Shown: positions 43,640 through 50,264 of the stretch, piece after piece
How the letters are laid out: every line of letters begins with the position of its first letter
Numbering within the stretch: the stretch's first letter is position 1
Assembly: GCA_018713665.1 (NCBI GenBank)
Contig: DVOI01000021.1
Coordinates: 1 to 50,264 of the forward strand
Direction: 5' to 3'
DNA from: Candidatus Ornithoclostridium faecigallinarum
GTDB taxonomy: Bacteria > Bacillota > Clostridia > Christensenellales > UBA3700
DNA length: 50,264 nt
Translations under genes and position numbers: made by a program
Notes under the pieces: generated by a model
The model's input: the letters and a program-made list of their open reading frames with translations, nothing else
The model's database searches: none
Told to the model about the DNA's origin: nothing

Positions 43640-43762
43640 GATTTGGCGGCATCATTTATGAAAAAATGGCGATACGCGCCGGCTGCCGCCGACGCGCTCT
43701 TTGCGTTTGCGTTGTGTGTTTTGTTGCATTTGCGCACACTGGCTCAAAAATTTCCGATTGCG

Positions 43763-45124
43763 TCAGATCGGGATCTCTACAATAAAGGTCGAGCCTTGCC
43801 CCTCTTTGCTCTCGAGCCTAACCGTGCCCGACAGCCGCTGCGCCGCATGTTTGACGATTGCAAGCCCCAGTCCTGTGCCGCCGCTACTGCGCGAGCGCGC
43901 CTTGTCGACGCGGTAAAAACGCTTGAAGACGAGATCGTGATGTTCGGGCGCTATGCCTATGCCGGTATCCGCGACCTTGATCTCGAGCGTCTTTCCTACG
44001 GTGCGCGCGAAGATGTCGACTCTGCCTCCCTCGCGGTTGTATTTGACGGCGTTTTGGACGAGATTGATCGCTATCTCTTTGAGCAGACGCTCATTGGACG
44101 TGACCTCGCCGACGCTCGAATAGACGTTGATCTCGACGTCTTTGGACGCCGCGTCGAGACGGAATGTGTCCGCGACCGCTCCGAGCAGCGCGGCGACGTC
44201 CACCTTCTCCTTTTCGAGGTCGGACGACAGATTCTCGAGCCGCGACAATTTGAGCATATCCGCGATCAGCCCCTTCATACGCTCCGTCTGCCGACCTATC
44301 TTTTCGCCGCATTCGCGGATCTTCGCGCCGTCGGTCAGCATCCCCTTTTCCATCAATTCGGCATAGCCGCCGATATAGGTCAGCGGCGTGTTGAGCTCGT
44401 GGCTCGCATTTGCGAAAAACTCGCTGCGCACCTTGTTGAGCGAGTTGACGGTCTCGGCGACCTCGTTGAGTTCGTTGACATAAGGCAGAATGTCCGAATT
44501 GCTTTTGTCGAGAGAAAGTTTCTTGAATTCCCCGGTGTTGATTGTATGCAGCTGACGTTTGAGTTCGTCGATGTCGACCATCACCGATTTGTTGTAATAT
44601 CTGTCTACGAGATACATCGACAGCGCGATCGCGACGATCAATACGACGCACGTCGGGATCATCGCCGCCAGCGCGTCCTTCGTCGCCGAACCCGGCGTCG
44701 CGACCCTGAGCACGACCTCGCCGTAGCCGGGCGTATCGATCAGACGCGCGTAATAGTTCATATTGCCGCCGTCGGTGTCGGATCTCCTTTCGGCAAAGCC
44801 CTCTCCTTTTGCCAGCGCGTCCTCCACCTCGGGTCTGTCGATGTGGTTTTCGCTGCTGTTCCACGGACTGCTGTCCGCGATCACCGTGCCGTCTTTCGCG
44901 ATAAAAGTGATGCGCATATCCGGCGCGCCTTCGTCGGCGTATTCGACCAAGTCGTCGACATCCGCTCCTCCGAGGCAGGCGTTTTCGACAAAGTCCGCGA
45001 CAGAAACCAGCCCGTCGTCGACTGCCTTGCCCGTCAACGCGACCGAGACCGCGATCGCCGCCACGGCGAACACCGCAAGCGCCGCCGCCGAAATAATGAA
45101 GAGCCTCAGCGAATGCTTGCGCAC
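43763..45124 (-). CDS. phoR: Sensor histidine kinase, PhoR-type by context
   Basis: 453 aa. GTG start at 45124, 1 nt after the regulator stop. N-terminal TM segment, H-box SHELNTPLT, N/G boxes NAVKYN and GTGLGLAIVK. Confidence 0.85.
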   Translation of the reverse strand: MRKHSLRLFIISAAALAVFAVAAIAVSVALTGKAVDDGLVSVADFVENACLGGADVDDLVEYADEGAPDMRITFIAKDGTVIADSSPWNSSENHIDRPEVEDALAKGEGFAERRSDTDGGNMNYYARLIDTPGYGEVVLRVATPGSATKDALAAMIPTCVVLIVAIALSMYLVDRYYNKSVMVDIDELKRQLHTINTGEFKKLSLDKSNSDILPYVNELNEVAETVNSLNKVRSEFFANASHELNTPLTYIGGYAELMEKGMLTDGAKIRECGEKIGRQTERMKGLIADMLKLSRLENLSSDLEKEKVDVAALLGAVADTFRLDAASKDVEINVYSSVGEVTSNERLLKEIAINLVQNAVKYNREGGRVDIFARTVGKTLEIKVADTGIGIAPEHHDLVFKRFYRVDKARSRSSGGTGLGLAIVKHAAQRLSGTVRLESKEGQGSTFIVEIPI

Positions 45125-45125
45125 G

Positions 45126-45794
45126 TCAAACCTCGTACTTGAAGCCTATGCCTCGAACGGTCACGAGCTTTTTGGCGTGATCGCCCAATTTGCCGCGCAA
45201 CGTGCGCACATGCATGTCGAGCGTGCGCGTCTCGCCCTCATAGCCGTAGCCCCATATCTCTCCGAGCAGCTGCTCGCGCGTCTTGACCTTGCCGGCGGCG
45301 CGCAGAAGTTCGGCAAGCAACGCGAACTCCTTGATCGTCAACGACAGCTTTTTGCCGTCCATAGTGCACTCGTGCGACGCGGTATCCATCCGTATCCCGT
45401 CCGCCTCGAGCACCTCTTCCTTTGCGTTTTTACGCAGGTTGGCATTGATGCGCGCCGACAGCTCCATCACCGAAAACGGCTTGGTCATATAGTCGTCCGC
45501 TCCATAATTCAGTCCGCCGACGATGTTGGCTTCCGTCGCCTTTGCCGTCAACATGATCACAGGTATTTTTTTGGTGCCCGTGTTGCTTTTGAGCTGTTTC
45601 AACGCCGCCATGCCGTCCATACCGGGCAGCATAACGTCCATCAGGATAAGGTCGGGCGCGCTCCCTTTCCCAATCTTTGCGAACAGATCTTCCGCGCAGT
45701 CGAACAGCTCGATGTCATAGCCGAATCCGCCGAGCGAAAACCTCAGCAAATCCTGCAAGTCCTTGTCGTCCTCGACAGACCATATCAAACTCAT
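45126..45794 (-). CDS. phoP: OmpR-family response regulator, PhoP/PhoB-type by context
   Basis: 222 aa with a receiver domain (DLILMDVMLPGMDG) and a winged-helix C-terminus. Confidence 0.88.
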   Translation of the reverse strand: MSLIWSVEDDKDLQDLLRFSLGGFGYDIELFDCAEDLFAKIGKGSAPDLILMDVMLPGMDGMAALKQLKSNTGTKKIPVIMLTAKATEANIVGGLNYGADDYMTKPFSVMELSARINANLRKNAKEEVLEADGIRMDTASHECTMDGKKLSLTIKEFALLAELLRAAGKVKTREQLLGEIWGYGYEGETRTLDMHVRTLRGKLGDHAKKLVTVRGIGFKYEV

Positions 45795-45801
45795 AGATGC
45801 C

Positions 45802-46449
45802 TCACATGATCTCGGAGCCCTTGTAGACTCCCGTCTTTACGAAGACCGCCCACTCGCAGATGTTGACCGCGTGGTCGCCTATCCGCTCGAGGTATTTTGC
45901 GATCATCATGATATATATTATTTTTTCCGCCTCTTCCGGGCGGCTCTTCAACCTTTCGCACATCTTGTCCTTGATCGACGCGAACATCTCGTCCGAGCGA
46001 TCGTCGAGCGCGATCGTCTTTTCGGCGAGTTTGCGGTCGCCGTTGACGAACGCGTTGACCGCCGCCGTCGCCATATCGGCAACGTGCGCGAACATTGCGG
46101 ACAGATCGTCATCCCTGACCGCCTCGCCGATCTTAAGAAAGACGGATGCGATGTCCGCCGCCTGATCGCCTATGCGCTCTATGTCCGTGATCATCTTGAG
46201 CGCGCCCGTCACGTCGCGCAGATCGTTGGCGACGGGCTGATACTTGATGATGATCCTGAGCGCGCGCTGTTCGATCTCTTTCTCGAAGCGATTGACGTTT
46301 TCGTCTCCCTCGACGATATTCTTTGCCGCCGCTGCGTCTCCCCTTTCAAGCGCGGCCTGTGCCTTACGCACCGCCCCGACGGCATACGACGCCATGCGTA
46401 TCAGCTCGTCGAAAACGGACTGCAACTCCTCTCCGTATCTCTTCAACAT
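45802..46449 (-). CDS. phoU: Phosphate signalling complex protein PhoU
   Basis: 215 aa. Two PhoU repeats with E(R/K)IGD motifs (DIERIGDQA, YLERIGDHA). Confidence 0.93.
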   Translation of the reverse strand: MLKRYGEELQSVFDELIRMASYAVGAVRKAQAALERGDAAAAKNIVEGDENVNRFEKEIEQRALRIIIKYQPVANDLRDVTGALKMITDIERIGDQAADIASVFLKIGEAVRDDDLSAMFAHVADMATAAVNAFVNGDRKLAEKTIALDDRSDEMFASIKDKMCERLKSRPEEAEKIIYIMMIAKYLERIGDHAVNICEWAVFVKTGVYKGSEIM

Positions 46450-46512
46450 GTTTCCTCCGGAATTATATCATATATTTTGCCGTTTAGGCAACGATATGCC
46501 TCTGCTTGGGGC

Positions 46513-47304
46513 TCAACCGAATCTGCCCGAGATGTAGTTGAGCGTCTGCTCCTTTTCGGGCGAAGCAAAGATCTTGTCTGTGGGCCCGAACTCGATCAAT
46601 TCTCCGAGCAAAAAGAACGCAGTGTCATCCGAGATGCGCGCCGCCTGTTGCATATTGTGTGTGACGATGACCACGGTCAGCTCCTCTTTGAGCTTTTCGC
46701 AAAGCTCTTCGATCTTGCCCGTCGAGATGGGATCGAGCGCACTCGTCGGCTCGTCCATCAACAATATCTCCGGTTTGATCGCCAAGGCGCGCGCAATGCA
46801 AAGCCGCTGCTGCTGTCCGCCCGACAGCGCGAGCGCCGACTTGTGCAATTGATCCTTGAGCTCGTCCCAAAGGTTTGCCGCTTTGAGCGACGACTCTACG
46901 ATGTCGCCGAGCTCCGCCTTTTTGCGCACCCCGAACGTGCGCGGTCCGTACGCGATGTTGTCGTATATGCTCATCGGAAAGGGATTGGGGCGTTGGAATA
47001 CCATCCCTACGCTCTTGCGCAAGAGCGATACGTCCGTGCGCTTGTCATAGATGTCGACGCCGCCTATCTCTACCTTCCCGTCTATCCTGCACCCCTCGAC
47101 CAAGTCATTCATGCGATTGAGCGTTTTGAGCAGAGTCGACTTGCCGCAGCCGGACGGCCCTATCAATGCGGTGATCGCTCCGCGCCTCATCTCGCAATTT
47201 ATATTTTTGAGCGCATGGAACGCACCGTAGTGCAAGTCAAGCGACTTGACCTTGATCGCGACATCACCCGAAAAATCGAATATGTTTTGAGTTATTTGCT
47301 TCAT
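46513..47304 (-). CDS. pstB: Phosphate ABC transporter ATP-binding protein
   Basis: I trimmed the track ORF 46513..48159 to ATG 47304 ([11 protein letters not shown]...). Walker [10 protein letters not shown] and signature [12 protein letters not shown] overlap with pstCA. Confidence 0.95.
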   Translation of the reverse strand: MKQITQNIFDFSGDVAIKVKSLDLHYGAFHALKNINCEMRRGAITALIGPSGCGKSTLLKTLNRMNDLVEGCRIDGKVEIGGVDIYDKRTDVSLLRKSVGMVFQRPNPFPMSIYDNIAYGPRTFGVRKKAELGDIVESSLKAANLWDELKDQLHKSALALSGGQQQRLCIARALAIKPEILLMDEPTSALDPISTGKIEELCEKLKEELTVVIVTHNMQQAARISDDTAFFLLGELIEFGPTDKIFASPEKEQTLNYISGRFG

Positions 47305-49127
47305 TTTGACTCCTTTTGCGCCTTTTTGCCCCCTCTTTGACCCGTCGCGCCGAACGCCTTGACCGCCAACCTGCGCTTGACCAAAAACACCGCGACATTG
47401 ATCAACGCCACCATGATCAGCAACACCGCCGCAGTCGCATACGCATAGTCGATATAAAGTCCTTCGCTTGCGAACAGCCACATCATCACCGCAAAACTCG
47501 AGCCCGAATCCATCACGCTCTCCGGCTCGTACGGCACCGCTCCCGCGGTGTAGATCAACGCCGCCGACTCGCCCACTATCCTGCCTATGCTGAGTATGAT
47601 CGCCGTAACTATGCCGGACAGCGCCGAAGGCAGCACGACTCGCACGGTCGTTCGCAATTTGCCCGCGCCGAGCGCCAGCGACGCCTCGCGGAGCGAATTG
47701 TCCACCGCAAGCAAGCTCTCTTCGGTCGAGCGTATCACCGTCGGCAAAATCATCAACGAAAGCGTGATGCCGCCAGCCAAGATGCTCGTCCTCATCTGCA
47801 TGAGTTCGCAGAACATCAACATCCCGAAAAATCCGAATATGATGCTTGGCATGCCCGACAGCGTCTCGGTAAACAACCTGATCACGCGAACGAGCCGACT
47901 GTCGCGCTTTGAATATTCCGCAAGAAAGATTGCCGCGCATATCCCTATCGGCAACGCGATCGCAAGCGCGATCAATATCAACAGCCCCGTCGTCACAAAC
48001 GCCGGACGCAGCGTCATCCCCGCGTTGCCCGATTCGCCGAACAGCAAGTTTGCGTCGATGTGCGGCAATCCCTTGACCAAGATGAACACTATCAATGTCG
48101 CAAGCGACGCCGCGACCGCAGCCACGCACACTATACTTATGTATTTGAGCACGGTGCAACCGCTTCCGCTCTTGACAAACACGGGCGCGGAGCGCTCGCT
48201 CTTTGACACAAGTACGTTCTTCCCCTTCTTTTCACGATACTTTTTGGGTCTGCGCGCAAGTCCTATGCCGAAATTGAGCGCGAGCACGATCACCAAAAGC
48301 ACGCTGCCCGTCGCGATCAACGCCTGTCGATGCAGCCCCGTCGCATAACCCATCTCTACGACCATATTGATCGTCAATGTGCGGATGTTGGAGAAAAGCC
48401 CCTTGGGGAACTCCGGGACGTTGCCTGCAACCATCATCACCGCCATCGTCTCGCCGACCGCTCTGCCCATTCCCAAGACCAAACTCGTAATAATGCCCGA
48501 CTTCGCCGCCGGCACGACCACTTTGAACATCGCCTGCTGCGGCGTCGCGCCAAGCGCAAGCGCGCCTTCTCGATAGCTGTCGGGGACGGCGTCGAGAGCG
48601 TCCTTTGTCATGCTCGTCACCGTAGGCAAGATCATCATCCCGAGGATCAGCGACGACGCCAATATGCCCTTGCCCGAGCCGGTGCTTGAAATGTCCGACA
48701 GCATCGGCACCAGCAGCGTCAACCCGAAAAATCCATATACTATCGACGGTATCCCTGCAAGAAAATTGATCATCCCGCCGATCACGCCCCTCAGCTTTTT
48801 TGGACAAAACGCTTTGAGACAAATCGCCGAAAACACGCCCGCCACTCCGCCGACGAGCACTGCGCCCGCGCTCACGCAAAGCGTCCCGACGATCATCGGC
48901 AATACGCCGAAACGCTCTGACACATCCAAAAAATCTTTGGTAGGAGCCCAAAGCGTACCGAAAATGAAATTGAACACTCCGATCTCGGACAGAGCCGGAA
49001 CGCTCTCGTATAAGATGTAAAAAACTATCGCAAAGACCGCAAATACGGAGAATACGGCAGAGGCGGCGAATACCGCCTTTGCCGCAACGTCTCCGCGCCG
49101 CTTTCCGCATTCGGAAACTTTTTTCAT
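47301..49127 (-). CDS. pstCA: Fused phosphate ABC permease PstC-PstA
   Basis: About 608 aa with two permease halves, each carrying an EAA-type loop ([20 protein letters not shown] and [20 protein letters not shown]). ATG 49127 overlaps the pstS stop (TGATG). The track start, TTG 49130, is less likely. Confidence 0.9.
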   Translation of the reverse strand: MKKVSECGKRRGDVAAKAVFAASAVFSVFAVFAIVFYILYESVPALSEIGVFNFIFGTLWAPTKDFLDVSERFGVLPMIVGTLCVSAGAVLVGGVAGVFSAICLKAFCPKKLRGVIGGMINFLAGIPSIVYGFFGLTLLVPMLSDISSTGSGKGILASSLILGMMILPTVTSMTKDALDAVPDSYREGALALGATPQQAMFKVVVPAAKSGIITSLVLGMGRAVGETMAVMMVAGNVPEFPKGLFSNIRTLTINMVVEMGYATGLHRQALIATGSVLLVIVLALNFGIGLARRPKKYREKKGKNVLVSKSERSAPVFVKSGSGCTVLKYISIVCVAAVAASLATLIVFILVKGLPHIDANLLFGESGNAGMTLRPAFVTTGLLILIALAIALPIGICAAIFLAEYSKRDSRLVRVIRLFTETLSGMPSIIFGFFGMLMFCELMQMRTSILAGGITLSLMILPTVIRSTEESLLAVDNSLREASLALGAGKLRTTVRVVLPSALSGIVTAIILSIGRIVGESAALIYTAGAVPYEPESVMDSGSSFAVMMWLFASEGLYIDYAYATAAVLLIMVALINVAVFLVKRRLAVKAFGATGQRGGKKAQKESK

Positions 49128-49942
49128 CAAACGACGTACCCTTCCTCGGTCATGATCGCCTTGGCGGCGTCACTTGCCAGCCACTCGATGAACGCCTTGA
49201 CCTCGGCGGACTGCTCGACGCCTTCCTTGGTCAGGATGTTGAACGGTCTCGCAAGCGTGTATGTTCCGTTCTTGATGTTCTCCGCAGAAGCCGCGACCCC
49301 GTTGAAGGTCAAGCCCTTGACCGTGTCGTCGAGCGAGCCGAGCGAGATATATCCGATCGCGTTCTTGCTCGCGGCGATCTCCACCTTCACGTCGCCTGTG
49401 CTCCTTTGGATGGACACGCAATCGGCAAACTTGGTCAGCTCTTTGAGCTTGTCCCCTTCCGCATTCTTGATCAGGTCGTCAAACGCGTCTCTCGTTCCCG
49501 AGCCCTCCTCTCTCGAAACGGCGTTGACTATCGCCTCGATCGCTGTCCCGTTCGCGTAAAGGTCGTACACCTGCTGCGAAGTAACGTCGGAAAGTTCAAC
49601 TTCGTTGTTGACGATCAACACCACTCCGTCATCGCAAATTTTGGTCGCGACAAGCCCCGTTTCGCCGTCTTTGAGAGCGCGCGAAGCCATACCGATGTCA
49701 TTCTTGCCTGCAAGCGTATCCGCAATGCCCGTGCCCGAATCGCTGGACGTGACCCTGACCTTGACACCCGGATTTGCCTCCTCATACGCCGCGCCCAACT
49801 TTTGCATCAGCGGAGATACCGACGAGGAGCCCGAAAGCCTGATCTCCTTGTCGCCGTCGCTGTCGCCGCACGCCGCAAAACAGCACCCGACGCCGATTGC
49901 AACGACCAGCATTGCCATAACGATTTTCATGAATCTTTTCAT
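49127..49942 (-). CDS. pstS: Phosphate-binding lipoprotein PstS
   Basis: Trimmed to ATG 49942, which follows an AAGGAGA Shine-Dalgarno. Lipobox CCFAAC. SGSSSVSPLM and SDSGTG motifs. Confidence 0.9.
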   Translation of the reverse strand: MKRFMKIVMAMLVVAIGVGCCFAACGDSDGDKEIRLSGSSSVSPLMQKLGAAYEEANPGVKVRVTSSDSGTGIADTLAGKNDIGMASRALKDGETGLVATKICDDGVVLIVNNEVELSDVTSQQVYDLYANGTAIEAIVNAVSREEGSGTRDAFDDLIKNAEGDKLKELTKFADCVSIQRSTGDVKVEIAASKNAIGYISLGSLDDTVKGLTFNGVAASAENIKNGTYTLARPFNILTKEGVEQSAEVKAFIEWLASDAAKAIMTEEGYVV

Positions 49943-50023
49943 TTTTTGTCTCCTTATCCTGTTCGGATCGCCTCTATCATAACACCAAAGGCGGTTATAT
50001 CCAAACATAGGAGTTGCTAAGTT

Positions 50024-50045
50024 TTTGTAAAGTCTTTGTAAATGA
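50024..50045 (-). promoter_or_regulatory. Pho-box-like direct repeat upstream of pstS
   Basis: The minus strand reads TTTACAaagacTTTACAaaaac. The two TTTACA hexamers (50043-50038 and 50032-50027) have 11-bp phasing, matching the Gram-positive PhoP box TT(A/T/C)ACA-N5. Confidence 0.5.
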
Positions 50046-50175
50046 CATCACATAGACGTCTCATCCGCGGCGTCTCGACTCATCCCCCCTTGTCGATCAT
50101 GTTTTTGCATTCTTGGCTATGCCGACAGCGATGCTTCGTTTTGTTTTGAATTTGTCAATGTAGTGACCTACCACT

Positions 50176-50264
50176 ATTTCAACTCACTCGCCCCGTGCGG
50201 GGCGAACCCGCGTTTGATCAGGAGCATAGACTTGTTCCGAAAATTTCAACTCACTCGCCCCGTG
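50176..50264 (-). CRISPR. Edge of a CRISPR array: one full and one truncated 32-nt repeat plus one 35-nt spacer; the repeat resembles subtype I-C
   Basis: ATTTCAACTCACTCGCCCCGTGCGGGGCGAAC at 50176-50207 recurs from 50243, with 22 of 22 visible nt identical (period 67). The reverse complement GTTCGCCCCGCACGGGGCGAGTGAGTTGAAAT has a palindromic core and a GTTGAAAT 3' end like I-C repeats. Spacer: ccgcgtttgatcaggagcatagacttgttccgaaa. Confidence 0.65.

Noticed and set aside
47305-48159. 285-aa N-terminal extension of the pstB track ORF
   Set aside because: It overlaps pstCA in another frame. The PstB homology starts at MKQITQ (ATG 47304), with an ATGA coupling.
1-50264. Search for mobile-element genes, DGR/retron components, tRNA/rRNA genes and a LexA box near uvrBA
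   Set aside because: I recognised no integrase, transposase, reverse transcriptase or cas protein among the ORFs. No cloverleaf-like or rRNA-like segments appear in the short intergenic regions. I saw no GAAC-N4-GTTC motif in the small gaps around the uvr genes. This was a scan by eye and is not exhaustive.

Overview
About 50 kb of chromosome from a high-GC, endospore-forming Firmicute. It looks Clostridia-like: SpoVG, SpoIIID, a SpoVB-like flippase, DegV, a DUF421/DUF4363 pair, and Gram-positive style promoters and Shine-Dalgarno sites. I call about 47 protein genes, most with recognisable housekeeping functions. These include murC, a P-type cation ATPase, uvrB-uvrA, hom, coaX, glyQS, a complete pstS-pstCA-pstB-phoU-RR-HK phosphate module, a CDF transporter and two ECF S-components, one behind a clear THF riboswitch. 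I saw no rRNA, tRNA, integrase, transposase or reverse transcriptase. The unusual content sits in five places. (i) At the left edge there is an AT-rich orphan gene, cut off at its 3' end, that is missing from the ORF track. (ii) At 2.5-5.2 kb a repeat-rich 575-bp intergenic region is followed by a monocistronic TIR-domain protein fused to a V4R-like ligand-binding domain. Next to it, under its own promoter, is an MDR-dehydrogenase-fold protein with degenerate catalytic and cofactor motifs. This is my best candidate for an undescribed defence or signalling system. (iii) At 21.3-25.2 kb there is a 1274-aa doubly anchored surface protein built from five CBM-like modules. (iv) At 38.1-38.3 kb there is an unannotated 53-aa Cys/Gly-rich miniprotein. 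(v) At the right edge are the first repeats of a type I-C-like CRISPR array. Several genes also share a -10 box / 5-8 nt / ATG geometry with no Shine-Dalgarno site, which suggests leaderless mRNAs. All homology calls come from motif recall and hand translation, not database searches. Promoter and terminator coordinates were placed by eye.
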